A DNA stretch of 32,000 bases. Origin: Candidatus Electrothrix sp. GW3-4 (lineage in GTDB: Bacteria; Desulfobacterota; Desulfobulbia; Desulfobulbales; Desulfobulbaceae). The stretch spans positions 3,840,001 through 3,872,000 of the forward strand of contig NZ_CP147990.1 in assembly GCF_037902255.1 (NCBI RefSeq). Reading direction: 5' to 3'. Position numbers and translations under genes: made by a program. Below are positions 6,823-16,087 of this stretch, in pieces (within the stretch, counting starts at the first letter, position 1; each line of letters begins with the position of its first letter). The notes beneath the pieces are model-generated. The model searched no databases. It was not told the DNA's origin and was given only the letters and a program-made list of their open reading frames with translations.

Positions 6823-8565
6823 CTACAAACAAGGATTCAGCCCGCAAACTCCACAACGGCGACAGGAGCTCGTATCACAGGGCGGGGTGGTTTGGCCTGT
6901 TAAAGAGCGCTTCAGCTCCTTGGCGAGATACCCCGCCTGAATGCCATGATCAACCACCTGCCAGCAAAACAACTCATCATCCTCCCTGGGACGGACCGCA
7001 TACTGCCAGGAAGAGAGGCCATGTCGCTTCATAGCCTGTTTAAAGCTCGCCTTCCCCATACCTATATCAAGCAAAGCCGGGCCGATCCGCCGATCTACCC
7101 GGGAAAAAACGGCCTGAGCAAGGACCTTATCCGGTCGATCGACCTTGATATGGAGATTGTCCACTCTGGCAAAGGCCTTTTTCAGCTGTTTAATCTTCTT
7201 CTTCAAGTTGAGCACTGCCGCAGTGCAGTCCCTATCCTGTCTGGCCTGTTCCCTCTCCTGCCCACCAAAGGAAAGATACTGAAACGGCGTCCAGGGCTTA
7301 GGGACAAAGGAGTTCACCGAAAGGATCAGTTCGCAGAGACGTCCTTTTTTCTGGCCGATCGGCAGGATCTCCTGGCGGATTTTTCGCACAAGACCAACAA
7401 ATTCTTCCAGATCCTGTTCGGTTTCTGTGGGCAGGCCAACCATGACATAGAGCTTGAGGGTATAGATTCCTGCATCGACCAAGGCAACCGCTGCCGCGAT
7501 CAGGTCTTCCTCGCTCAGCCCCTTATTGATCACCCGGCGCAGGCGTTGGGAACAGCCATCCGGCGCAATGGCCACCGATTTCAGCCCGGAACGGGACAGC
7601 AGCTCCAGCAGCTGCGGAGAAATCCGGTCTGCCCGCAAAGAAGAAAAAGAGAGCGAGCAGCCGTTAGCCTGCAGGGAACCGGCAAGCTGATCCAGCAGCT
7701 CCGGGGCTGCCATCTCCATGCCCAGCAACCCCACCCGGTCAACCTCTGGAGGCCGCTGGGCAAGACTCTCCTGCACGGCCTCAGCTGACCAGAGTCGAGG
7801 GGGACGATAAATAAAACCAGCTGCGCAAAAACGGCAACCGCGACTGCATCCCCGCCCCAACTCCGTCATGTACATTCCCAGCTCCGCTTCAGGGGAAAGG
7901 AGTTCGGAATGGGCCGCTAACGAGGTCTTTTCCAGGGCCACCCGACGAACCTGTTGGGGCAGGCCATCCTGGACAGCAATTTCGCATACCCGCCCCTCGC
8001 TATCATAGCTCAAACTATAAGCAGAGGGCACATAGCAGCCAGGGATGGTCGCTCCAATATCCACCAGCCTGCGCCTATCAGTCAGCTCGGCCAGAGCAGG
8101 CAGGAGCTGGGGCAAGACCGCCTCTGCCTCCCCAATCACCATCAAATCGGCAAAGAGGGCCAAGGGCTCGGGATTCATAAAGACTGCAACCCCACCCAGC
8201 ACAACTAGGGGTGAGCCTGCTGCAATTTCCGTTGGCCTGTCCGCTGCATAGGGTGCCACACCACCGGCAGCCAGCATCGCAACCAGATGGACATAGTCGT
8301 GTTCAAAACTGATAGAACCCAAAACAAGGGGAAAATCCGCCAAAGGACGGCTGGATTCCAGGGAACGAAAGGGCTCCTGCCCTTGAGGATAGACAAAACG
8401 CTCACAGACGATCTCGTCCGAGGCATTCAGGAGGCGATAAAGAAGCTGAAAACCAAGATTAGAGACAGCAAGGGGATAGGTATTAGGATAGAGAAGGGCC
8501 ACTGGCAAGCGGCCCTTCCATTTTTTGCGGACTGTACCAGTCTCTGTTGCAAGCAGGGGATGCAC
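6823..8565 (-). CDS. B12-binding-domain-type radical SAM protein (580 aa)
   Basis: CSRGCRFC is a CxxxCxxC radical SAM cluster motif. It is preceded by an N-terminal Rossmann-like segment (VLGGVAVFMNPEP...MVIGEAE). The overall layout resembles the uncharacterised TIGR03960-type family, though the subfamily call is from memory only. Confidence 0.75.
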   Translation of the reverse strand: MHPLLATETGTVRKKWKGRLPVALLYPNTYPLAVSNLGFQLLYRLLNASDEIVCERFVYPQGQEPFRSLESSRPLADFPLVLGSISFEHDYVHLVAMLAAGGVAPYAADRPTEIAAGSPLVVLGGVAVFMNPEPLALFADLMVIGEAEAVLPQLLPALAELTDRRRLVDIGATIPGCYVPSAYSLSYDSEGRVCEIAVQDGLPQQVRRVALEKTSLAAHSELLSPEAELGMYMTELGRGCSRGCRFCAAGFIYRPPRLWSAEAVQESLAQRPPEVDRVGLLGMEMAAPELLDQLAGSLQANGCSLSFSSLRADRISPQLLELLSRSGLKSVAIAPDGCSQRLRRVINKGLSEEDLIAAAVALVDAGIYTLKLYVMVGLPTETEQDLEEFVGLVRKIRQEILPIGQKKGRLCELILSVNSFVPKPWTPFQYLSFGGQEREQARQDRDCTAAVLNLKKKIKQLKKAFARVDNLHIKVDRPDKVLAQAVFSRVDRRIGPALLDIGMGKASFKQAMKRHGLSSWQYAVRPREDDELFCWQVVDHGIQAGYLAKELKRSLTGQTTPPCDTSSCRRCGVCGLNPCL

Positions 8566-8642
8566 AACAAAAAAGATACTAACGGTAAATCATACGCAGC
8601 ACGGGAACACGCAAGACAACCCGCAAAAAGGGAAAAAAAATA

Positions 8643-9851
8643 TCAATTTGCCTTTTTCCGGATATAGGCAGGCTCATCCCATTCCGCCAGATCATTCTGC
8701 TCATCAAAGATCGGGGTGGGCATAGGACGCAAACCCTTGGGTACCGGATTAGGGCGGGCAAAGCTCGTCGGCTGGTTGGTCGGCGGACGTTCCAGGTCAA
8801 GCCCACCTTTGTCGCTGGCATTGAGCATCTTTACCTTCTTATTATTGGCGCGGCCCACCACGTCAAACTCAGAGATAGTCTCCGCAGAATCCTCAAAATT
8901 GGCAATACCCGTGGCGATCACGGTCACGCGCAACTCATCACCCATATTTTCATCAAACAGGGCGCCGATGATAATATTGGCGTCTTCATGGGCCTTCTCC
9001 TGAATCAGGGCAGAGGCCTCCATAAACTCGCCCATAGTCAACGAACTGGTGGCAGAGATATTGATCAGAATACCCAAGGCACCGTCAATCCCCACATCCT
9101 CCAGCAGCTGATTATCAATGGCTCGCTTAGCAGCCTCGCTGGCCCGATTTTCTCCAGAAGCGGAACCAGAGCCCATGATGGCCGGTCCGACCTCCTTCAT
9201 AACGGTCTTCAGGTCGGCAAAGTCCACATTAATATGGCCAGGCAGATTGATGAGATCGGTAATTCCCTTGACGGCCTGCAGCAGCACATCATCCACCATC
9301 TTCATCATATCAACCAAGGTGGAATTCTTTTGCATAAGGCCCAACAGGCGATCATTGGGGACCGTAATAATGGTATCGGAGTTCTTCTTCAGCTCCTCCC
9401 AACCGGCCTCTGCATTATGCATGCGTTTCTTGGCTTCAAAATAAAAGGGCTTGGTGACCACCGAAACGGTCAGGGCCCCCTGCTCCTTACTGAGCCGGGC
9501 AATAATAGGTGCAGCCCCTGTCCCGGTACCACCGCCAAGACCAGCGGTGACAAAGACCATATCTGCATCAGAGATGGCATTGGCCAGGTCATCCAGACTT
9601 TCCTGGGCCGCATCTCGTCCCATAGCCGGATCAGCCCCGGCCCCCATGCCCTTGGTAATGGTCGGCCCCAGCTGGATACGAATATCCGCTTTGGAGTTCT
9701 CCAGAGCCTGCATATCAGTATTCGCAGCAATAAACTGAACGCCGGTCAGCCGATTATCAACCATGGTGTTAATGGCATTTCCCCCACCGCCACCGACTCC
9801 GATCACCTTGATAGTCGCCACTGACTCTTCTTCTGCCATTCTATATGACAT
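8643..9851 (-). CDS. ftsZ: cell division GTPase FtsZ
   Basis: IKVIGVGGGGGNAINTM, FVTAGLGGGTGTGAAP, NVDFADL, and the C-terminal DEPAYIRKK peptide. The start is placed at the ATG at 9851 (MSYRMAEEE...), preceded by GAGGGGGA. Confidence 0.97.
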   Translation of the reverse strand: MSYRMAEEESVATIKVIGVGGGGGNAINTMVDNRLTGVQFIAANTDMQALENSKADIRIQLGPTITKGMGAGADPAMGRDAAQESLDDLANAISDADMVFVTAGLGGGTGTGAAPIIARLSKEQGALTVSVVTKPFYFEAKKRMHNAEAGWEELKKNSDTIITVPNDRLLGLMQKNSTLVDMMKMVDDVLLQAVKGITDLINLPGHINVDFADLKTVMKEVGPAIMGSGSASGENRASEAAKRAIDNQLLEDVGIDGALGILINISATSSLTMGEFMEASALIQEKAHEDANIIIGALFDENMGDELRVTVIATGIANFEDSAETISEFDVVGRANNKKVKMLNASDKGGLDLERPPTNQPTSFARPNPVPKGLRPMPTPIFDEQNDLAEWDEPAYIRKKAN

Positions 9852-9968
9852 GCTTTCCCCCTCAAGCATTTTGCTCCCGCAGCAAATCAAATAATTAACT
9901 TATGGTACAATACAATGATTCTTTTTTAACAGTTTTACTATAAAGCTGCCATAGAATCTTTTCCAGTA

Positions 9969-11267
9969 TTAAATCATGTTTTTCAGAAAAGTCCTCATCC
10001 TACTTATAAGACCCTCATGCTCAACCGCCACCATCTCTTTATTATTACAACCGTATAAAACAAGCCCAACAGCAGTGGTACAACGCGGTGATTCAACATC
10101 TTCCACCCTGCCCCCAACGCCCCGAGGAAAGCTGACCCGTACTGGCATATCAAAGACCTGCTCGGCCATTTCGACCACATTGGCCAAGAGGGCGGTGCCA
10201 CCAGTGATGACCATGCCCGCATTAATCCGGTTTCTATATCCAGAACCACAGATCTTCTTATTCACCACCTGAAGGATCTCTTCCATTCTGGCCTCCAGAA
10301 TTTCCACCATCACCCGCTGCGAGACCTTACGGGCCTTACGATCACCGACGGTGGGCACCTCGATAATATGATTATCTTTCACCAAAGAAGAGACCGCTCC
10401 ACCGTATCGATACTTGAGCATCTCTGCCTCCTGTAAGGGGGTCCGCAAGCCCACAGAAAGATCATTGGTCAGGTTATTGCCGCCCAGGGCCAGTTCCCAG
10501 GTGTACTTAATGGTGCCGTTACAGAAAACAGCCAGATCCGTGGTCCCCCCGCCAATATCCAGCAGGGCCACACCCAACTCCATTTCATCGGATGTCAAGA
10601 CGGCGCGAGAAGAGGCCACAGACTCCAGAACCACCTCGGCGACATTCAATCCGGCCCGGCTGCAACTGGTGACCAGGTTATGGAGCGAGGTGACATCAGC
10701 GGTCACGATATGGACGTTGGTTGCCAGCCGAACTCCGGTCATGCCCAGCGGGTTCTGAATCCCGGTGTGATCATCAACCATGTACTCCTGCGGCAGGACA
10801 TGAATAATCTGCTGATTATCTGAGATCTTGACGGTCTGAGCCGCGTGAATGACCGCCTGAATCTCTTTCTGCCGGATCTGCTGGTTATTGATGGCAATAA
10901 TTCCGGGAGAATTAAAGCCCTTGATATGGGTCCCGGCGATGCCGACATAGACCGTCTCAATATCACAGCCAGCCATATCCGAGGCACTGTCAATGGCCTG
11001 ACGAATCGCCTTGACCGTTGATTCAATATTGACCACCACACCTTTTTTCATCCCTGAAGATGCAGCTGTGCCCACCCCGATGATGTTCACACAGCCATCT
11101 TCAAAGACCTCGCCGATCACAGCGCATATCTTGGTGGTTCCGATATCAAGACCGGCAACCAGCTCTCCGGTTCCCCGGCTCGGCTCAACTCTATTGGTTT
11201 CTTGCGCTTGCTCTGTTTCTTCCGCCTCAGCAGCCACCTTTATATCCAGCTCTTCCATTGCGCACAT
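9969..11267 (-). CDS. ftsA: cell division protein FtsA
   Basis: Actin-fold motifs GLDIGTTKICAVIGE, LLDIGGGTTDLAVF and VITGGTALL. It begins 3 nt after the ftsQ stop. It carries an N-terminal acidic extension of about 38 aa (see findings). Confidence 0.95.
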   Translation of the reverse strand: MCAMEELDIKVAAEAEETEQAQETNRVEPSRGTGELVAGLDIGTTKICAVIGEVFEDGCVNIIGVGTAASSGMKKGVVVNIESTVKAIRQAIDSASDMAGCDIETVYVGIAGTHIKGFNSPGIIAINNQQIRQKEIQAVIHAAQTVKISDNQQIIHVLPQEYMVDDHTGIQNPLGMTGVRLATNVHIVTADVTSLHNLVTSCSRAGLNVAEVVLESVASSRAVLTSDEMELGVALLDIGGGTTDLAVFCNGTIKYTWELALGGNNLTNDLSVGLRTPLQEAEMLKYRYGGAVSSLVKDNHIIEVPTVGDRKARKVSQRVMVEILEARMEEILQVVNKKICGSGYRNRINAGMVITGGTALLANVVEMAEQVFDMPVRVSFPRGVGGRVEDVESPRCTTAVGLVLYGCNNKEMVAVEHEGLISRMRTFLKNMI

Positions 11268-11270
11268 AGC

Positions 11271-12206
11271 CTACGGCTCTGACCTGGCCACAAGAATACG
11301 GCCCTCATGATAATCCATTCGAATTTCCCTAATGCCCTCTATTTTCTTCTTCCGATAAAACCGCCCAAGCAATTTAACGAGCTGATAATATCTTTTTTCG
11401 ACATTACCATATCCTATATAAATAGGAAAGGGGTGTTCAACAAGATAGACAATAATTCCTCTTTCATGGCTCACATGTATCTCAGAGATAGACTGCAAGG
11501 GAAGAATCGGATTTCCCTGCGCAGCAACATGCAAGAATGCACGCGCATCCTCTGTCATGGCGTCTGCTCCCAGGTCGATCCCTGCTATTTCCTCCTCCCT
11601 ATCCTGAGGAGCAAAACCTGTTATAACGGGATAATCAATATCCTGCAAAGGTTCCACCCGAGCAAAAATGGTCCCGTCATGATCAAGGTAGTATAACCCC
11701 TGCTGTCCATCCTCAATACTGATCATGGCCAGGGGACGATACTCATGTACCCGTATGGTCAAGGTATCCGGCCAAACACGTTCGACCTCTGCCTGGTGAA
11801 CCCAGGGATGCTGACAAATACGCTCGGCAATCTCCTCTGGGGTAACAGAGAAAAGTTGTTCTCCCTGCCGCATATCAGCAAGGGTACGTATTTGCGCCTC
11901 ATTGCTCATCCGATTGCCCTGCACCGTCACCTGCCGCACCGAAAAAATCCCTGAGCGCTCCAAGGTACGCATGCCCCAACGAACAACAACGACCGTCAAT
12001 AGAACCAATCCCAGCAGAAAAAGGCTTTTTCTGATCAGCTGAACATTCAGCTCCGGCTTATGAACAGCAGAGGTCGGCTGCTGGTACCGCCCCATATTGA
12101 CCCGGATCCGCAACTGCGCAGGCCGGACATAATTGGAGCGAAATTGGCGAAGCATGGGAGAGCGCCCTGCCCTCTGCCGTCTATATCGTATTTTTTTTCG
12201 AGCCAC
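11271..12206 (-). CDS. ftsQ: cell division protein FtsQ (POTRA domain)
   Basis: Basic cytoplasmic tail, one TM segment (LFLLGLVLLTVVVV), then a POTRA-like FSVRQVTVQGNRMSNEAQI...HPWVHQAEVERVWPDTLTIRVHE. The start codon is GTG at 12206, preceded by AGGA. It sits in the canonical position between murB and ftsA. Confidence 0.85.
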   Translation of the reverse strand: MARKKIRYRRQRAGRSPMLRQFRSNYVRPAQLRIRVNMGRYQQPTSAVHKPELNVQLIRKSLFLLGLVLLTVVVVRWGMRTLERSGIFSVRQVTVQGNRMSNEAQIRTLADMRQGEQLFSVTPEEIAERICQHPWVHQAEVERVWPDTLTIRVHEYRPLAMISIEDGQQGLYYLDHDGTIFARVEPLQDIDYPVITGFAPQDREEEIAGIDLGADAMTEDARAFLHVAAQGNPILPLQSISEIHVSHERGIIVYLVEHPFPIYIGYGNVEKRYYQLVKLLGRFYRKKKIEGIREIRMDYHEGRILVARSEP

Positions 12207-12266
12207 GAATTCCTGCTCCTGCCCGCTTTTTTCACGGGCTCACGCCCAAGATCATTCAAAGAGTCT

Positions 12267-13217
12267 CTAGATAATCTCCACTTCCGGTTCCAAGCTAACG
12301 GCAAATTTTTGCAACACAGTTTCCTGCACCTGCTCCATTAAGGTCAGAATATCTGTTGCCGAACTTTTCCCGGTGTTGACAATGAAGTTGGCATGCACGG
12401 GAGACACCATGGCCCCTCCGCAGCGATGCCCTTTCAGACCAGCAGCCTCAATCAAGCGACCAGCAGCATCTCCCACAGGATTTTTAAAAAACGAGCCTGC
12501 CGAGGCCACTCCGGCGGGCTGTTTTCCTTTCCTTTGCGCGAGAAAGCCTGCACAACGGGAACGTATCTCTTCCTGCACGCCCGGCTGCATCCTGAAACAG
12601 GCCGAAGCGACAATCACCCCATCAAGCTCCTTCCCTGCCAGTTCTGCCTTGCGATAGGAGAGCCGGAGCTCCGCCCTTGGCACCCGGATAAGGCTGCCGC
12701 TGCCATCAACACATTCTACCGAATGGAGCCTGTCACCGATCTCTCCCCCCAGGGCTCCAGCATTCATCCGCACAGCCCCGCCAACAGAGCCGGGAATACC
12801 TGCCATGAATTCCAAACCAGACAACCCCTGCTTGGTACACCAGGACAGGAAACTGGCAAGTGAGCAACCACCTCCTGCGTTGATCAGCGCCCCGTCTTCC
12901 TCAGGCACTCGACGACCAGAACCTGCAACAGACGCAACCCTGGCAAGCTCACCCTTCAGCCGGATCATCACCCCGGGAAAGCCCTTATCTGTGACCAGAA
13001 TATTAGAGCCCCGCCCGATCACCCGAAAGACAAGCCCTTGTTCATGCAGCTGTCCAAGAAGCGCCTGCAACTCAGCCAGACCGTGAATATCAATAAAGGC
13101 GGCCGCTCTCCCCCCTGCCCGCAGGGTGGAATAGGAGGCCATGGGCACATCAAAGCACATGGCCGATGGCCAATTCTTGGTCAATGCTACCAGTTCCTCA
13201 CGCTGTTGCCTCTTCAT
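12267..13217 (-). CDS. murB: UDP-N-acetylenolpyruvoylglucosamine reductase
   Basis: YSTLRAGGRAAAFI, VIGRGSNILV, GIPGSVGGAVRMNAGA and AGSFFKNP are MurB motifs. The start is moved to the ATG at 13217 (MKRQQ...), 17 nt after the murC stop. The longer ORF would overlap murC. Confidence 0.9.
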   Translation of the reverse strand: MKRQQREELVALTKNWPSAMCFDVPMASYSTLRAGGRAAAFIDIHGLAELQALLGQLHEQGLVFRVIGRGSNILVTDKGFPGVMIRLKGELARVASVAGSGRRVPEEDGALINAGGGCSLASFLSWCTKQGLSGLEFMAGIPGSVGGAVRMNAGALGGEIGDRLHSVECVDGSGSLIRVPRAELRLSYRKAELAGKELDGVIVASACFRMQPGVQEEIRSRCAGFLAQRKGKQPAGVASAGSFFKNPVGDAAGRLIEAAGLKGHRCGGAMVSPVHANFIVNTGKSSATDILTLMEQVQETVLQKFAVSLEPEVEII

Positions 13218-13233
13218 TCCACGCCCATTCTTT

Positions 13234-14616
13234 TTAATCCAGCAGCTCCAGCAATGTTTCTCCGATATGGACGATACTGCCCGCCCCAAGGGTCAGCACC
13301 AAATCCCCCTTATGTATAAAATCAAGAAGATAAGGAGGAAGGGTAGAGAGGTTTGAATGATAATAGGCCTGCCGCTGGCCGTGCCGCTTTATGGCATCAA
13401 GCAGGGCCTCGCTATCCACCCCTTCAATAGGCTTTTCACCGGCTGGATAGATATCTGTCAGAATCAAAACATCGGCCCGATAAAAGGCGGTTGAAAATTC
13501 CTCAAACAATCCCTGGGTACGAGTGTAGCGGTGCGGTTGAAAAACCACAACAAGACGCCGATCCGGCCAACCGTCCCGGACAGCATCCAGGGTTGCCCGG
13601 ATTTCCGTGGGATGATGTCCATAATCATCAATTACCAAGACCCCCTGTTTTTCTCCCTTGACCTCAAGCCGTCTCTGAACCCCCTCAAAATACTCCACTG
13701 CATGGGCAATAAGAGGAAATTCTATCTCCAGCTCAAGGGCAACCGCAATGGCGGCCAGGGTGTTATAGACCGTGTGACGTCCCGGCGTGTTCCGCCTGAT
13801 TCGCCCCAGTTCTTTCCCCTGATATGAGACCGTAAACTCACTTACACGCCCGTTGACGACAATCTTAGTGGCCTGAAGATCGGCCTGTTCCGTCAGGCCA
13901 TAGGTGATCTTTCTCCGTTGGATCTGCGGGAGCAGGCTGGCAAGATTATGATCATCAAGACAGACAACCACAACCCCATAAAAAGGTATTTTGTTAATAA
14001 ACTCAAGAAAGGTTTCCTTGATATGGTCTAAATCCCGGTAATGATCCAGATGTTCCAGATCAATATTGGTGACTACCTCAATCACCGGGGAAAGCTTGAG
14101 AAAGGAGCCATCACTCTCGTCAGCTTCGGCCACCAAAAATTCACCTTCACCGAAATGGGCATTACTGCCTTCAAAACAATCAACCTTGCCCCCCACCACC
14201 ACTGTGGGATCCAACCCTGCCTCATCAAGGATAGACGCAACCAAAGAGGAAGTAGAGGTCTTGCCGTGACTACCAGCAATGGCAATACCAAATCTCTTCA
14301 GGCGCATGAGTTCGGCGAGCATCTCTGCCCGCTGAATCACCGGAATCTGTTCGTCCCGCGCCGCCATGACCTCGGGATTATCCTCAGCAACAGCGGTTGA
14401 TACCACCACCACATCTGCTCCAGACACCCTGCTCGCCTGATGTCCTTCATACACGGTTGCCCCGGCCAACTCCAGGCGCCGGGTAATATCTGTTGTGTTC
14501 AGGTCTGAGCCACTGACCTTATACCCCAAATGCAGCAGCAGTTCGGCAATGCCAGACATGCCAATGCCACCTATTCCGACAAAATGGATCTGCTTATGTT
14601 CTTTTCTCTTATACAT
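13234..14616 (-). CDS. murC: UDP-N-acetylmuramate--L-alanine ligase
   Basis: [28 protein letters not shown] and [15 protein letters not shown] (P-loop); Mur ligase layout; 460 aa. Confidence 0.95.
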   Translation of the reverse strand: MYKRKEHKQIHFVGIGGIGMSGIAELLLHLGYKVSGSDLNTTDITRRLELAGATVYEGHQASRVSGADVVVVSTAVAEDNPEVMAARDEQIPVIQRAEMLAELMRLKRFGIAIAGSHGKTSTSSLVASILDEAGLDPTVVVGGKVDCFEGSNAHFGEGEFLVAEADESDGSFLKLSPVIEVVTNIDLEHLDHYRDLDHIKETFLEFINKIPFYGVVVVCLDDHNLASLLPQIQRRKITYGLTEQADLQATKIVVNGRVSEFTVSYQGKELGRIRRNTPGRHTVYNTLAAIAVALELEIEFPLIAHAVEYFEGVQRRLEVKGEKQGVLVIDDYGHHPTEIRATLDAVRDGWPDRRLVVVFQPHRYTRTQGLFEEFSTAFYRADVLILTDIYPAGEKPIEGVDSEALLDAIKRHGQRQAYYHSNLSTLPPYLLDFIHKGDLVLTLGAGSIVHIGETLLELLD

Positions 14617-14739
14617 CCAATCTTACTCAGCAGAGTGCAGTCTGCACAGTTCAGTCTCTTCTTCAAGGCAGGAAAAATCTGCCTGACGGGATTAAAAAAA
14701 CTCCATCGACAGACGCATCCCTGCTGCTTTCATTACCGT

Positions 14740-15837
14740 TTAATGAGCGATAAGGTCCATACAGCTGTCCAGTATACGCTGGGTTGCCTCAGGCTGCCCC
14801 ATATTGTTCATGGAGAGAGCCATTTGTTTCAGCTTATCCGTATCATCGAATAATTGCGAAAGAATTTTTCCGAGCCGTTCCGGATCCAGTTCGGCTTCCC
14901 GGAACATCTGAGCACCGCCCCCGACAACATAGTACTCGGCATTTTTTGCCTGATGATCATCCGCTGCATAGGGATAGGGGATCAACACCGCTGGCAGGCC
15001 CATCACAGAGAGCTCAGCCAGAGAGGTCGCCCCTGCCCGGGCCAGGACCAAATCAGCCTGACTGTACAGGGCGGCCATATCAGTGAAAAAGGCCCTGACC
15101 TCTGCCTTGACCCTGGCTGCTGCATAGCCGTCCCTGACCTTTTCTTCATCCGCTATGCCGGTTTGATGGATCAACCGGACCGCCTTTTTTTGCTCATCAT
15201 TAAGCTGAGCTGCCACATCAAGCATCAGCATATTAATACGATGAGCCCCGAGACTACCGCCCATGACCAGCAAGGTCAAGGGGCGCTCTTCCGCTCTCTC
15301 ATCATGGTCCTGTTGTCTACGCTCTGCTGCGGCCAGGATTTCCTGACGAACCGGATTTCCAGAGACCACCATTTTTCCCTCCGGGAAGGGATACTCGCCA
15401 GGAATAGAGACAAAGATCCTGCTGACAAAATGAGAGATCATCCTGTTGGCCAGCCCCGGAATGGAGTTCTGCTCATGGATACAAGTCGGTACAGAACGCA
15501 GTCGGGCAGCCAGCAACACCGGCCCGGTGACATAGCCGCCCACGCCAAAGACCAGATCCGGCTGAAAGCCTTTGATGATCTTCCACGCTTCCAGGACCGC
15601 TGGGGGCAGACTGAGCAGGCTCCTGATGCGGCGTTTGAGCCCCATGCCCTTCAGGCCCATACAGGTGATAGATTTCTGTTGAAAATCAAACCCGGCCAGC
15701 GCCTTTTTGTCAAGTTGCCGCTGCGTACCGATGAATAGTATTACGCAGCCAGGATATTTTTGCTGTAATGCGGTTGCCAAGGCAATACCGGGAAAAAGAT
15801 GGCCGCCAGTTCCACCGCCAGTGATGATTATGCGCAT
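14740..15837 (-). CDS. murG: undecaprenyldiphospho-muramoylpentapeptide beta-N-acetylglucosaminyltransferase
   Basis: MRIIITGGGTGGHLFPGIALA, GGSLGA and RAGATSLAELSVMGLPAVLIPYPYAADDHQ..NA are MurG hallmarks. Confidence 0.95.
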   Translation of the reverse strand: MRIIITGGGTGGHLFPGIALATALQQKYPGCVILFIGTQRQLDKKALAGFDFQQKSITCMGLKGMGLKRRIRSLLSLPPAVLEAWKIIKGFQPDLVFGVGGYVTGPVLLAARLRSVPTCIHEQNSIPGLANRMISHFVSRIFVSIPGEYPFPEGKMVVSGNPVRQEILAAAERRQQDHDERAEERPLTLLVMGGSLGAHRINMLMLDVAAQLNDEQKKAVRLIHQTGIADEEKVRDGYAAARVKAEVRAFFTDMAALYSQADLVLARAGATSLAELSVMGLPAVLIPYPYAADDHQAKNAEYYVVGGGAQMFREAELDPERLGKILSQLFDDTDKLKQMALSMNNMGQPEATQRILDSCMDLIAH

Positions 15838-15842
15838 ACAAT

Positions 15843-16043
15843 TTACACGTTAGAAATGGGTAAGATGATATCGCCGAGAACCTTTCCTTTTCCAGCAATA
15901 ACAGGGGACGGCTTTCTTCTCTTTTTACTTTTCTTTTCTGGCATGAGGAAGATAGCCTCCATTCGGACATTCGGTGGTAATTTGGGTTGATTCACCAGCC
16001 TTCCTTGTCGATCTGTTTCAAGGATCATTTTTTTTGCTTGCAT
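15843..16043 (-). CDS. small protein (66 aa), possibly AbrB/VapB-like antitoxin-type; family not firmly recognised
   Basis: Strong SD: GGGAGGA lies 5 nt upstream of the ATG at 16043. The stop is 5 nt before the murG ATG. It has a basic central KKSKKRRK and a C-terminal PSPVIAGKGKVLGDIILP. The antitoxin resemblance is from memory, and no toxin gene is adjacent. Confidence 0.5.
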   Translation of the reverse strand: MQAKKMILETDRQGRLVNQPKLPPNVRMEAIFLMPEKKSKKRRKPSPVIAGKGKVLGDIILPISNV

Positions 16044-16087
16044 GATATCCTCCCTATTTATACATAGAGCAAAAGAGTCAAATTATC

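Noticed and set aside
5633-8565. Radical SAM gene plus downstream small Cys-containing peptides as a RiPP cluster
   Set aside because: The small proteins carry classical Sec signal peptides and their own promoter. The radical SAM gene has core-genome composition and a housekeeping-type architecture. It is separated from them by about 235 bp containing that promoter.
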